Shown here one piece after another: positions 18,657-28,911 of a stretch of 64,000 nucleotides of DNA. Within the stretch, counting starts at the first letter, position 1. The number at the start of each line of letters is the position of its first letter. The position numbers were made by a program, and so were the translations under genes. The notes beneath the pieces are model-generated. The model saw nothing but the letters and a program-made list of their open reading frames with translations, was not told the DNA's origin and ran no database searches. The stretch comes from an uncultured delta proteobacterium (GTDB lineage: Bacteria; Myxococcota_A; Polyangia; Polyangiales; Houyiibacteriaceae): contig CAVOVB010000004.1 in the NCBI GenBank assembly GCA_963699755.1, positions 128,001 to 192,000 on the forward strand. The letters run 5' to 3'.

Positions 18657-20282
18657 ATGGCTCGCATTCGCATCATTGGGCCAAGCGGGCGGCAGGAGCG
18701 TCAGCTCTTCCGGCAGAACTCGCTTGGGCGGCACCCACGAAACACCCACCAAATCCTCGACCGGGTGGTTTCGAAGGAGCATTGCCGCATCGAGCTGATC
18801 GAGGACGAGTACGTATTGAAGGATCTAGGCTCGCTCAACGGCACGTACATCAATGGCGAACGAGTAGATGGCCGGCAGTCGCTCCAGCCCGGTGACGAGA
18901 TCACCATCGGCTCGACGCGCATCATCTTTGACCCGCCGGAACGTGGCGCCTCGATGTCGTTCGACGCGCTCCTGAGCGACGAGCCGCGCGAAGCCACGAA
19001 CCGTTTCAAGATTGGCGATACGGATGCCGGCCCGATCATTCGGGCCAAGGTTTCGGTTCTCGCCGACAAGACCTTCTTCGCCGAGGAGCTCGTTCACGAC
19101 GACGCATCGCTTCGCCGCAACTACGAAAAGCTCCGCGCCAGCTACGAAGTCACCCGCGCGATCGAGCTGGGCACCAGCATCACCGCGCTTTGCAACAAGA
19201 TTCTCGAGGTTGCCTTTCGACTCGTTCCCGCCGATCGGGGGGTGGTACTCCTGCACAACGAGCAGAATGTTCTCGAGCCGGTTTCGGTGCGCTCCGCCGC
19301 CGACGCCGACCCGAATCACGAGGTGGTGGTCTCCAAGACCGTGCTGGACACCGTGGTTCGCGAAAAGGAGGCCGTGCTCTCACACGACGCGTCGGCGGAC
19401 GCGCGTTTTCAGAGCGCGCAGTCGGTGATCATGCAAGGCATCCGCTCGACAATGTGCGTCCCTTTGCTTCACGACGACACGGTCTTGGGTGTCATGCTCC
19501 TCGACTCGAAGATCACCACCCACGCGTTTACCGAAAAGGACCTGGCGCTCTTCGAAACCGTCGCCAGCCAGGCGGCTGTCGCGGTTCAGAACACGCTGTT
19601 TGCAAAGAAGATCGAGCAAGAAGCGGTGATGCGCGAGCGGTTTCGGCGCCTTCTCTCGCCTGCGATCGCAGAGCAGGTGCTTTCCGGAGAGCTCGAAGTG
19701 ACCAAGGGCGGAGAGCTCCGAGAAACGACGATCTTGTTCGCGGACATTCGCGGCTTCACGAGCATGAGCGAATCCCACGAGCCCCGTATCGTGGTGGACG
19801 CGCTCAACGAGTACTTCGAGCGCATGGTCGACATCGTGTTCCGCCATGAAGGAACGCTCGACAAGTTCATCGGTGATGAGATGATGGTGCTTTTCGGATC
19901 GCCGGTTTCACATGCCGACGACCCCGACCGTGCGGTCCGCGCAGCGCTCGAGATGCAAGCGGCCCTCGTCGACCTGAACGTGCGACATGAAGCGCGTGGC
20001 CTCCCTCCCTTCAAGATTGGGATCGGCATCAACACAGGGGAAGTGGTGGCTGGATACATCGGAAGCAGCCAGGCACTCGAGTACACCGTCATCGGGGACC
20101 CGGTGAACACGGCCGCGCGCCTCTGCTCCCTGGCCAAGCCGGGACAGACCCTGCTCAGCGAAGGCACCGTCGAAAAGCTTACCGGTGGCTTCGCGTTCGA
20201 GGAGCTGCCTCAGGAGAAAGTGAAGGGCAAGGCCCAGCCCATTCGCGTTTTCGAGCTGCTCGACGCCGCCCATATCGAGTGA
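18657..20282 (+). CDS. FHA-GAF-class III adenylate/guanylate cyclase
   Basis: FHA (LGR, SKEH, DLGSLNGT), GAF (MCVPL, FTEKDL), cyclase (FADIRGFT, DKFIGDE, GDPVNTAARL). Confidence 0.92.
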   Translation: MARIRIIGPSGRQERQLFRQNSLGRHPRNTHQILDRVVSKEHCRIELIEDEYVLKDLGSLNGTYINGERVDGRQSLQPGDEITIGSTRIIFDPPERGASMSFDALLSDEPREATNRFKIGDTDAGPIIRAKVSVLADKTFFAEELVHDDASLRRNYEKLRASYEVTRAIELGTSITALCNKILEVAFRLVPADRGVVLLHNEQNVLEPVSVRSAADADPNHEVVVSKTVLDTVVREKEAVLSHDASADARFQSAQSVIMQGIRSTMCVPLLHDDTVLGVMLLDSKITTHAFTEKDLALFETVASQAAVAVQNTLFAKKIEQEAVMRERFRRLLSPAIAEQVLSGELEVTKGGELRETTILFADIRGFTSMSESHEPRIVVDALNEYFERMVDIVFRHEGTLDKFIGDEMMVLFGSPVSHADDPDRAVRAALEMQAALVDLNVRHEARGLPPFKIGIGINTGEVVAGYIGSSQALEYTVIGDPVNTAARLCSLAKPGQTLLSEGTVEKLTGGFAFEELPQEKVKGKAQPIRVFELLDAAHIE

Positions 20283-20330
20283 GCAGCGCGGCGCTTGCCA
20301 CCCCCGGCGGATATGCCAAGCCACAGGCGC

Positions 20331-21287
20331 ATGGCCCACCTGGACTTCGAAGCGCCCCTGGTCGAGCTCGAGGAGCGGATCGCTGCCCTCAAGGCGCTGA
20401 CCGAAGCGGGTGCCCCAGAGGCCGAGGCGATCGACGGCGAGATCGACGCGCTGGAAGCCCAGGCCGAGGATCTTCAGCGCGAGCTCTATGCGGACCTGGA
20501 CGTCTGGACGAAGGTCCAGCTCAGCCGGCACCCCGATCGGCCGTACTTCCGAGACTACATCGCTCTCATGTTCGAAGACTTCGTCGAGCTGCATGGCGAC
20601 CGGACCTTCGGCGATGATCCCGCGATCATTTCTGGGTTCGCGCGTTTTGAGAGCGAAATCGTTGCGCTTATCGGACATCAAAAAGGCCGAGCTGCCAAGG
20701 ACAAGGCGTACCGAAACTTCGGCATGGCCCACCCCGAAGGCTACCGAAAAGCGATTCGTGTCATGCAGCTCGCCGAGCAAGCGGGTCGGCCCGTCCTCAC
20801 CTTCGTCGACACGCCGGGCGCCTATCCGGGCCTCGGCGCCGAAGAGCGAGGACAGGCCGAGGCGATCGGCCACGCGATCGAGGTGATGAGTGGGCTCCGC
20901 GTGCCCGTGCTGACGACGATCATCGGAGAGGGCGGTTCCGGAGGCGCCCTCGCGATCGCGGTAGCCAATCAGGTGCTGATGTTCGAATACGCGACATACA
21001 GCGTGATCACGCCGGAGGGCTGTGCGTCGATACTTTGGCGGGACGGCACCCGGAGCGCCGAGGCAGCCGAGCAGCTTCGATTGTTGGCGAACGACGCCAA
21101 GCGCCTCGGGGTGGTAGATGAGGTGGTCCCAGAACCCGCAGGCGGAGCGCACCGAAAGCCCGAAGCGGCCGCGAAGGCCCTCGGAGAGCGACTGAGTCGA
21201 CATCTAGGCCGATTTCGCGACATGTCCGGCGATGAGCTCATCAGTCAGCGATATCAGCGATTTCGGACACTTGGCAGCTGGCGCTAG
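20331..21287 (+). CDS. accA: Acetyl-CoA carboxylase carboxyltransferase alpha subunit
   Basis: LDFEAP, RHPDRP, ELHGDR, FVDTPGAYPG, GEGGSGGALA; ATG 20331. Confidence 0.97.
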   Translation: MAHLDFEAPLVELEERIAALKALTEAGAPEAEAIDGEIDALEAQAEDLQRELYADLDVWTKVQLSRHPDRPYFRDYIALMFEDFVELHGDRTFGDDPAIISGFARFESEIVALIGHQKGRAAKDKAYRNFGMAHPEGYRKAIRVMQLAEQAGRPVLTFVDTPGAYPGLGAEERGQAEAIGHAIEVMSGLRVPVLTTIIGEGGSGGALAIAVANQVLMFEYATYSVITPEGCASILWRDGTRSAEAAEQLRLLANDAKRLGVVDEVVPEPAGGAHRKPEAAAKALGERLSRHLGRFRDMSGDELISQRYQRFRTLGSWR

Positions 21288-21299
21288 GACACGCCTTTT

Positions 21300-21329
21300 T
21301 TGACGTGAGTCCGCCGGCTTACCTACGAT
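21300..21329 (+). promoter_or_regulatory. Putative sigma70 promoter of cpoB-lysM
   Basis: TTGACG-18 nt-TACGAT. Confidence 0.5.
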
Positions 21330-21348
21330 TCAGGTGAGGGATTGTGCC

Positions 21349-22137
21349 GTGAAGACGCTCTTCGCAGTGGCTGGTGTGTCGATACTGATCGGGTGCAGCT
21401 CGATGGGAGCGCATTCGAACGCCCAAACTGCAGCCGACGCGGCTACGAGGGACGCTGAGCTCACCGCGCTTCGCGTCCAGCTCGAAGAGCAGGAGCAGGA
21501 GCTTCGAACCGTGCGCGGTCAGCTCGCGTTGGCGCGGGCCGAGGTGCAGGAGCTCAAGGGCGACAAGGGTTTCGCCACCGACCGCGCGAGACGTCGTTCC
21601 GGCGACGAGGCACTCCCCTGGGCGAAGGACGCGGAGGGCGACCTCGAGATGGAGCCGGTGCTTCGAATCGATGGGGAGATCGTCGACGAACGCTTACCGA
21701 CTACGGCGGACGTCCCGGAGATTCCTGCCTTTGAGGAACCGCATCCCGCGGGGGCCAGCAAGGGCGAAGAGGTCAGCGTCGAAGGATACAGACGGGGCCT
21801 GAGCTTGATCCGCGAGCAGAGGTTTCAGGAGGCTTTGGTGGAGTTGGAGGCGTTTTCGTCTGCAAACCCGAGTCATCCGTACACGGACAACGCGCTCTTT
21901 TGGTGCGGCGAGATTCACTACCTGCGCCACGAGGTCGACCCCGCCCTCGACTTCTTCAAGCGCATCGAGAAACTGTATCCCTGGGCGAACAAGGCCCCCG
22001 ATGCGCTGTATCGCATCGGACAAATCTATCTGAGTCGCGGTGATAAGGCGCGTGCTCAGGCTTACTTCGACAAAGTTAGGGAGCAGTTCCCGAATACCGC
22101 CGCGGCGCGGTTGGCGCTGCGGGAGGACGCATCATGA
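21349..22137 (+). CDS. cpoB: CpoB/YbgF-like TPR lipoprotein
   Basis: Lipobox LIGC, coiled coil, C-terminal TPR (DNALFWCGE, KAPDALYRIG, FPNTAAA). Confidence 0.75.
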   Translation: MKTLFAVAGVSILIGCSSMGAHSNAQTAADAATRDAELTALRVQLEEQEQELRTVRGQLALARAEVQELKGDKGFATDRARRRSGDEALPWAKDAEGDLEMEPVLRIDGEIVDERLPTTADVPEIPAFEEPHPAGASKGEEVSVEGYRRGLSLIREQRFQEALVELEAFSSANPSHPYTDNALFWCGEIHYLRHEVDPALDFFKRIEKLYPWANKAPDALYRIGQIYLSRGDKARAQAYFDKVREQFPNTAAARLALREDAS

Positions 22138-23195
22138 AGCTGGTGGGATGGACGAGCATGGTGGTTGTGCTGATAGCGGGCACGGCAATCGCACAGGGTG
22201 GTGAAGGCCCTGCAACCGAAGGGGCAAAGGTGGAGGTGCCGGCAGACCTGCCTCAAACGCATACGGTCAAAGAGGGCGACACGCTCTGGGACATCACGCA
22301 GACCTACTACGGGGATCCCTACCGCTGGCCCCAGGTCTGGTCATACAACCCGGAGATCACCAATCCGCATTGGATCTATCCCGAAGCGACCGTTCGCCTT
22401 CGTCCGACCGATGGCAAGGTCGTCGAGACGCCCCCCCGCGGCTTCCAGCGGACAAAGTACAGGCCGTCCACGACCCACGCAGTCTACCAGGCCGAGTACG
22501 GCTTCCTCAACCAGAACGCTCTAGTCGACGCCGGCTACATCATCGGCGCCAACGAAGAACAGATGATGATGGTCGACACCGACACCGTATACGTCCGATT
22601 CGACAAAGGGGTGGAGCCGGAGGTCGGCCGCGTCTACACGGTCTTTCGGACCATCGAGAAGTCCGAACGCGAATCCTGGGAGAGGGGGACGCTCGTGCGC
22701 CTGCTCGGCCAACTCAAGCTCGATGACTATGACCAGAAGCACCAGATCGGTCGTGCGACGGTCATCAACGCGCTCGAAGGGCTCGAGCGAGGCTTCCGGT
22801 TCGCGCCGCTCGATCGGAACTTCTACTGGGTCGACGTGGTTCCCGCCGACCGATCGATTCGCGCCACCGTGGTGGCCAGCCTCTACCCCCGCAAGCTCCC
22901 ATCGATCAATCAGGTCGTCTTCGTGAACGTTGGCGAGGAGCAGGGCATCGTCCTCGGCAATCGGTTCTACATCGTTCGCCAGGGTGACGAGTGGCGCCGC
23001 AGCTCCGAAGGAAGCATCGGCCGCGACGTCGAAACGACCGTACCCTTGCCAGCCGAGCCGGAGCACTACCCCTGGGAGGTCGTGGCGATCGGGCGCGCGG
23101 TCAATGTGCAGCCCGAGACCACCGCGATCCTGCTCGAGCGGGCCACCAGGTCGGTGCGAATGGGCGATCGCGCCGAATTGCGCAAAGGGGAATAG
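22134..23195 (+). CDS. LysM peptidoglycan-binding protein (TsaP-like)
   Basis: Signal peptide; HTVKEGDTLWDI...WPQVWSYNPEITNPHWIYP. Confidence 0.85.
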   Translation: MKLVGWTSMVVVLIAGTAIAQGGEGPATEGAKVEVPADLPQTHTVKEGDTLWDITQTYYGDPYRWPQVWSYNPEITNPHWIYPEATVRLRPTDGKVVETPPRGFQRTKYRPSTTHAVYQAEYGFLNQNALVDAGYIIGANEEQMMMVDTDTVYVRFDKGVEPEVGRVYTVFRTIEKSERESWERGTLVRLLGQLKLDDYDQKHQIGRATVINALEGLERGFRFAPLDRNFYWVDVVPADRSIRATVVASLYPRKLPSINQVVFVNVGEEQGIVLGNRFYIVRQGDEWRRSSEGSIGRDVETTVPLPAEPEHYPWEVVAIGRAVNVQPETTAILLERATRSVRMGDRAELRKGE

Positions 23196-23251
23196 CTCCC
23201 CCTCAAAGGTCGTTGCGTCTATGACCCGCTTTGGGGGACTATCGGCCCTGT

Positions 23252-25066
23252 ATGGCTTCAGACGGCGACCGAGACGGCCAGGAGGCGCTGCGACTGCAAA
23301 ACGTCGTAGAGCGCGAGAGGGCCAAGCTGCGGGCGCTTCAGGACATCAGCTCGGCGCTCGGATCCACCCTCGACCTCGGCGAGCTGCTCGACATGATCCT
23401 CGACCGGATTTCCGAGGTCATCGAAGCGGATCGATCAACCCTCTACCTATTGGACGAGGAAACCGATGAGCTCTGGTCGAAGGTCGTTCAAGGGGACGAG
23501 GTCCACGAGATCCGCCTCAAGCCGGGCGAGGGGCTCGCCGGAGCGGTTGCAAGCACGGGTAGGCCGCTCAACATCAAGGATGCCTACCAGGATGTGCGAT
23601 TCGACGCGGCCTGGGATCGGGCGACCGGATACCGCACGCGCTCGACGCTCTGCGTGCCGATGAAGAACCAGCACGGTCGTACCATTGGCGTGGTGCAGGT
23701 CCTCAACAAGCACGAAGGGCACTTCACGGTCGGCGATGAGGCGCTGCTGACGGCGCTCGCAAGCCACGCAGCCGTGTCGATCGAGAACTCGAAGCTATTC
23801 CTTTCCGTGGTCGGCAAGAACATCGAGCTGCTAGAAACGAAAGAGAAGCTCGAGAAAAAGATTCGCGAGCTCGATGTCCTGTTCGAGATCACTCAGGTTG
23901 CCGCGAGCGCGATGGAGATCGATGACCTTTTGGCCGGCGTGCTCGCTCGGACGATGCGCGCAACCGACGCGGAGGCAGCATCGATTCTCATCGCAGACGA
24001 ATACACCGGAGACCTGACGTTCCGCGCCGCCGTTGGAGGCGAGCCGGACCGTGTCAAGAAGATGAAAATCAAAGCCGGGCAGGGCATCTCCGGCTGGGTC
24101 GCCGAACACGGCCGGCCTCAAATCGTCAACCAGGCCGCAAACGATCCGCGACACTCGACTCACATCTCGGACGCGGTTGGCTATCACCCAAAGTCGGTCC
24201 TCTGTGTTCCGTTACGCTGGGACGACGGCTCGGGCGCCTTGCAACTTCTCAATAAGTCGGGCGGTCGCGCTCCGTTCATCGACGACGATCTCAAGATGGC
24301 CACTGTCATTGCCGGGCATCTCTCCACGGCCATCGCCCAGGCGCAGTCACGGGCACAGAAAACCCGGCAGGAGCGCCTGAGCACCTTAGGCCGCTTCCTC
24401 TCGAGCATGCTCCATGATTTGAAGACCCCGCTGACGGTGATTTCCGGCTACACGCAAATGCTAGTCCAAGAGGGGGACGAGGATGAACGCCGGAAGCTCG
24501 CCGCTTCGATCCGTCGTCAGGTTCAGCTCCTCACGACCATGATGGGCGAGACCTTGGCCTTCGCGAAGGGCGAGCGACGAATCTTGATCCGCCGCGTGTA
24601 CATGCACACCTTTTTCGAGGAGCTCGCTGAACAACTGAGGCCCGAGCTTGCCGAACGCGGCATCCGCCTCGAGCTCTCCCTCTGCGACCGCGGAATCGCG
24701 CATTTCGACGAAGAAAAGATGCAGCGCGTCTTCCACAACCTCGCGCGCAACGCGGCCGAGGCCATTGGCGAGCGGGGCGGGTTGTGCCGCATCGAAGTCG
24801 ACCGCGCCGAAGACGGCAATCTCGTGTTGACCTTCGCCGATGACGGCCCAGGTGTATCGGAGGAGATCCGCGAGCGCCTCTTCGAGTCGTTCACCACTCA
24901 CGGCAAGAAGGGTGGCACCGGTTTGGGCCTCGCCATCGTCCAGAGCATCGTGGAGGATCACGGCGGGACCGTGACCGTAGACAGCAGGCCAGGGCGAACG
25001 GCGTTTCAGATCGTGCTGCCGCAACCACAGCTGAGGACGAGCACGAGGCCGGCGGCGGCGGAGTAG
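23252..25066 (+). CDS. Cytoplasmic GAF-GAF sensor histidine kinase
   Basis: Two GAF domains (VVQVLNK, LQLLNK), H-box HDLKTPL, NLARNA, DDGPG, GTGLGL. Confidence 0.92.
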   Translation: MASDGDRDGQEALRLQNVVERERAKLRALQDISSALGSTLDLGELLDMILDRISEVIEADRSTLYLLDEETDELWSKVVQGDEVHEIRLKPGEGLAGAVASTGRPLNIKDAYQDVRFDAAWDRATGYRTRSTLCVPMKNQHGRTIGVVQVLNKHEGHFTVGDEALLTALASHAAVSIENSKLFLSVVGKNIELLETKEKLEKKIRELDVLFEITQVAASAMEIDDLLAGVLARTMRATDAEAASILIADEYTGDLTFRAAVGGEPDRVKKMKIKAGQGISGWVAEHGRPQIVNQAANDPRHSTHISDAVGYHPKSVLCVPLRWDDGSGALQLLNKSGGRAPFIDDDLKMATVIAGHLSTAIAQAQSRAQKTRQERLSTLGRFLSSMLHDLKTPLTVISGYTQMLVQEGDEDERRKLAASIRRQVQLLTTMMGETLAFAKGERRILIRRVYMHTFFEELAEQLRPELAERGIRLELSLCDRGIAHFDEEKMQRVFHNLARNAAEAIGERGGLCRIEVDRAEDGNLVLTFADDGPGVSEEIRERLFESFTTHGKKGGTGLGLAIVQSIVEDHGGTVTVDSRPGRTAFQIVLPQPQLRTSTRPAAAE

Positions 25067-25108
25067 GCGGACACGGACAGCGGCGCTGATGCCGACGCTG
25101 TCGCCGAA
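25037..25108. repeat. Second degenerate hexamer tract, spanning the kinase stop codon
   Basis: ACGAGC ACGAGG CCGGCG GCGGCG GAGTAG GCGGAC ACGGAC AGCGGC GCTGAT GCCGAC GCTGTC GCCGAA; internal inverted repeat GACAGCG/CGCTGTC. Confidence 0.45.
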
Positions 25109-25246
25109 TTACAAAGGGCGATGACTCGGACGTATTCGAGGCTTTCGCAAATCGGTAGTCAGTACTAAGCTCGCTGGGCAACCCATCGCGCTCCGCCGAA
25201 GGCCGAGAAGCATTGGTGGAGGAGCAACCCTTCTCGGAGAACCTCG

Positions 25247-27070
25247 ATGTCAGCGCAGAACCTTAGCTTTCCCGTACCCTTTTTGTTCACCATTGCCCTC
25301 GCGACAGGCGGATGCGGCAACGACTCGACGACCGCTGGCGCCCCAGCGCTGGCATGCGCCGAGGCCGCATCGACTTCCGTTCGTGACTGCTTACAAAGCG
25401 TCAGCGTCGCGTGGGAGGACTGCTACAGCGATAGCGATGGCCCTTGTGCTGCGGACGACGCCAAGGTCGCGGCGGCTTTGTCGGCGCTCGAAGCGAGCGT
25501 GAGGGCGAGCTGCGTGGATGATGAGTTCGGGGCTCTTTCGGTGGACGCTCTGGTGGGCCGACTGCGGAACTCGTGCAGCTCGGAGGCCAACTCGCTTGCG
25601 TGGCGGACGTTCGGCGGGCCGCAGGGCGCTACCTGGTCGGATGCCAGCGAGGACGCTCGAGCTTGCTTGCAGAGCGCTCACGCTGCGGCATCCGCGATGG
25701 TCAACGGTTCGCTCTCGGTGATCGGGGACTGCCTCACCGGCGATTCCTGCGACGCGGCCGCCGTTGAAGCCGACCGCCAGGCCTTGATCGACACTGCTGT
25801 GAGCGCAATCGAAGCGGCGTGCACCTCGCCCTCCCTGTCACCACTGATCGGGCTCACCCCCGAAACCTACGTCGATCGCGCATCGCACCAGATCGACTGC
25901 ATCACAGCGACCTCGTATGCAGCGACGAGCCCTCTAGCACTTTCCTGCGGCCCCTCGAACGCGGACTTCGATCCGCCGCGCGGCCAGTACGTGCAGGTGG
26001 TCGTGGATGGCGACAAGTGGGGCACGCTCTGCGGGGACGGGACTGACTATGCGTTCCAAGTCCGTCTGGCCCCGGAGGGCGAGCGCATCGATCGGATCGT
26101 CATCGGACTCGAAGGGGGTGGTGTGTGCCTGTTCGAGGATGACTGCACATCGCGCCTCGCGAGCAATCCGCAGCTCTTCAATGCGCTCGACAACGACCCC
26201 CCAGAGAACGCCGCGGGGATCGCCTCCGATGATCCTGCGGTCAGCCCGTTTGCCAATTGGACCAAGGTCTTCCTCCCGTACTGCAACCAAGACGTCTTCG
26301 CGGGTGGTGGAGTGGTCGAAGCCCTGGGAGCGCTCGACCTCCCTCGCTACGGCTCGGTCAACATGAGGGCCGCGGTTCAGATGGTTCGTGACGTCATCTG
26401 GAAGATCATGGACGCCGAAGGAGGTGATGGCTTCCGCCCCGATGAAGTGATCACGCTGTTCGGCGGCTGGTCCGCGGGCGGATACGGCGCACTCTACAAT
26501 TACCACTGGTTCCTGGACGACTTACAGTGGCCGCGGACGGCGGCGTTTCCCGACGCAGGTGGAGCGCTCGACAACGGAGAGCTTTTCGGGGTTCGCAGCC
26601 TCGGCCAGCTGAAGATCCCCGCCTGGGGCATGCTGGCCAACTTGCCACCTTATTGCTTCGTGGGGGACTGCGCCGTAGGACCCGTGCTCTACGAGGCCAT
26701 CTCCCCGCGTCTCAAGCAGGTGCCTGAGCAACAGATGCTGATCCTCAGTAACCCCAAAGACAACACGCAGCAGGGAGACGCATTCTTCGAGGACGAGGCG
26801 GTCTGGATCAACACGATGCGCCAGTCGTACTGCGACACGAAGGACCTGAAGGGCATCAACTATTACTACACCAGCGTGTCCGACCAGAGCATTCACGTCG
26901 TCTCCATTCGCGAGGCGCTCTGGGAAGGTTCGGTCGATGGAGAAGTCATGCGTGATTGGTTCTGGCGAGCCGTCACCGAGCCCGACACCATCCAGAGCCG
27001 GGTCGAGGAAGCCGACTTCGTGACGGCGATTCCGGGCGTGAGTCCATACCCCTGCACGGTCGCGCCATAG
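25247..27070 (+). CDS. Pectin-acetylesterase/Notum-family hydrolase lipoprotein with Cys-rich N-terminal domain
   Basis: Lipobox-like TGGC; LCGDGT, LEGGGVC, VFLPYCNQDVF, GWSAGG nucleophile elbow; candidate catalytic Asp (PKD) and His (SIHV). Confidence 0.8.
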   Translation: MSAQNLSFPVPFLFTIALATGGCGNDSTTAGAPALACAEAASTSVRDCLQSVSVAWEDCYSDSDGPCAADDAKVAAALSALEASVRASCVDDEFGALSVDALVGRLRNSCSSEANSLAWRTFGGPQGATWSDASEDARACLQSAHAAASAMVNGSLSVIGDCLTGDSCDAAAVEADRQALIDTAVSAIEAACTSPSLSPLIGLTPETYVDRASHQIDCITATSYAATSPLALSCGPSNADFDPPRGQYVQVVVDGDKWGTLCGDGTDYAFQVRLAPEGERIDRIVIGLEGGGVCLFEDDCTSRLASNPQLFNALDNDPPENAAGIASDDPAVSPFANWTKVFLPYCNQDVFAGGGVVEALGALDLPRYGSVNMRAAVQMVRDVIWKIMDAEGGDGFRPDEVITLFGGWSAGGYGALYNYHWFLDDLQWPRTAAFPDAGGALDNGELFGVRSLGQLKIPAWGMLANLPPYCFVGDCAVGPVLYEAISPRLKQVPEQQMLILSNPKDNTQQGDAFFEDEAVWINTMRQSYCDTKDLKGINYYYTSVSDQSIHVVSIREALWEGSVDGEVMRDWFWRAVTEPDTIQSRVEEADFVTAIPGVSPYPCTVAP

Positions 27071-27136
27071 CGCCAGGCGGGGTGAGGGGCGGGGCTCGCT
27101 TGACCGCTCCGGGCGATCCCTTCCAAGCTGACCTCC

Positions 27137-28456
27137 GTGATCAGCGCCAGCCTCCCCGAAGTCCATCCAGCGCGTGCCGAGCTCTATGAGGAGCTTCACA
27201 GCCGTCCCTCGCCGCTGGTCGAGACGCCGTGCAGCATCAGTCACGTCGCCGTTCAGGTCCGGCCAGACGAACGTGAAGCTGAGAACGCGTACCTGGCGGA
27301 GCTCTGTCTGCGATTCGGGGCGAGCCCGCCTCCTGAGCCCGCGTCCTGTTTCTACCAAACCTTCGATGGTTTCGAGCTTCGCTGGGAAAAGCATACGGAG
27401 TTCTCGACTTTCACATTCATCCGCCATGTGATGGATGACCCATTGCGGCAGCCGGCTGCTGCGCTCGAGCAGATCCCAGGCGACTGGTTCGGGAAGATGC
27501 CCGGGCGGGTGACGACGGCGCTGCATCTCGCGTTCAGCTCTGCCGAAGGAGAGCTCGATGCGGCGCATCTCGATCAGTACTTCGAGAATTGGTCGCTCCG
27601 CGGCGGCGTCGTTCGACAGGGGACCGCCCGTCTCTATAGCAGCTTCCGCCTTCACTCCGACGACTTCGGACGCATCGTGCTTCACGCCCGCAATTTGACG
27701 TCGCTTCAGGCTGGGCGCCTCGTGCAGCGGGTCCTCGAAGTCGAAACCTATCGTTTGATGGCGCTTCTGGGGCTACCGGTCGCGCGGAGGATCAGCTCTG
27801 AAGTCACTGCTATGGAGGGGGAGCTTGCACGGATCAATCAGGAGCTCGCCCAGGAACAAGACGAGCCGGGGCAGCAAGCCTTGCTCGGCCGCCTCTCGAA
27901 CCTAGCGGCCCGGGTCGAGCGTCATCGCTCGGACACCACCTATCGCTTTGCCGCGACCAATGCCTACTACGACCTGGTTCACGAGCGCATCCGAGAGTTG
28001 GGCGAGGAGAAGATCCCCGGCCTCCAATCGGTGAAGGTCTTCATCGAGCGGCGCTTGGCGCCTGGGATTCGCACCTGCAATGCGGTCCGCGACCGTCTGG
28101 AAGGCCTTTCTGCCCGGATCGGACACGCCAGCGACCTGCTACGAACCCGGGTCGAGCTCGCGATCCAGGGGCAAAACCGGGAGCTCCTCAGCTCGATGAA
28201 CCGTCGAAGCGAAGTGCAGCTTAGGCTCCAACAGGCGGTCGAGGGGATCTCGGTTGTCGCGATCACCTACTATCTGATGGGCCTGCTCGGTTACATCTAC
28301 GAGGGCCTCGCCTATGCAGGTCTTCCATTGAACAAGAAGATCGGTTTTGCGATTGCCGTGCCCGTCGTGATGGTGCTGGTTTGGCGGGTCATCCACGGCG
28401 TCAAACGCCGAGTGCATCGGGATGACGGAAGAGCAGGATCAGCAAGCGGGGCCTAG
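27137..28456 (+). CDS. DUF3422 family membrane-anchored protein
   Basis: EELHSRP, RWEKHTEF, GRLVQRVLEVETYRLMALLGLP, QLRLQQAVEGISVVAITYY, two C-terminal TMs. Confidence 0.9.
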   Translation: MISASLPEVHPARAELYEELHSRPSPLVETPCSISHVAVQVRPDEREAENAYLAELCLRFGASPPPEPASCFYQTFDGFELRWEKHTEFSTFTFIRHVMDDPLRQPAAALEQIPGDWFGKMPGRVTTALHLAFSSAEGELDAAHLDQYFENWSLRGGVVRQGTARLYSSFRLHSDDFGRIVLHARNLTSLQAGRLVQRVLEVETYRLMALLGLPVARRISSEVTAMEGELARINQELAQEQDEPGQQALLGRLSNLAARVERHRSDTTYRFAATNAYYDLVHERIRELGEEKIPGLQSVKVFIERRLAPGIRTCNAVRDRLEGLSARIGHASDLLRTRVELAIQGQNRELLSSMNRRSEVQLRLQQAVEGISVVAITYYLMGLLGYIYEGLAYAGLPLNKKIGFAIAVPVVMVLVWRVIHGVKRRVHRDDGRAGSASGA

Positions 28457-28815
28457 GCGAAGTCGCGCTCCGAGCGCTCCTGGTCTTCTTTGCAGCGGAT
28501 GCAGAGCTCGGTTTCGGGGCGCGCTTCGAGGCGCTTGATGCCGATCGGCTCTTCGCAGTCCTCGCAGACGCCAAAGGTTCCGTCGTCGAGCTTCTTGAGG
28601 GCCTTCTCGATCTTCTGAAGGAATACGCGCTCCCGGCCGCGGAGGCGGAAGGTGAAGGACTGCATGTACTCGCTCGATGCCAGGTCCATCTCGTCGGGCA
28701 GCTCGGCGGCATCGAGGGTCATGTCCTGGTCCATCGTCTGGCGCGCACGGCGGATGACCGCATCCCGCTTCGCTTCCAGGTGCGAACGAAATCGATTGAG
28801 CTCGGTCTTCTTCAT
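28453..28815 (-). CDS. dksA: DksA/TraR C4 zinc-finger RNAP-binding protein
   Basis: Coiled-coil tip DEMDLA; CEDC...RLEARP...CIRC. Confidence 0.9.
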   Translation of the reverse strand: MKKTELNRFRSHLEAKRDAVIRRARQTMDQDMTLDAAELPDEMDLASSEYMQSFTFRLRGRERVFLQKIEKALKKLDDGTFGVCEDCEEPIGIKRLEARPETELCIRCKEDQERSERDFA

Positions 28816-28843
28816 ATTGCTGACCCCCCTTCGAGGGAGCGCG

Positions 28844-28871
28844 ATAATAATGACCGCCGTCCCCGAGTCAA
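28844..28871 (-). promoter_or_regulatory. Putative sigma70 promoter of dksA
   Basis: TTGACT-16 nt-TATTAT followed by a GC-rich discriminator. Confidence 0.55.
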
Positions 28872-28911
28872 GAAGACAACGGCCAGGAAATCGGAATCAC
28901 GCGTGAAATCG

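Noticed and set aside
25170..25240. c-di-GMP (GEMM) riboswitch suggested by GGGCAACCC
   Set aside because: The GAAA loop and the downstream GGGACGCAAA-type element are absent.
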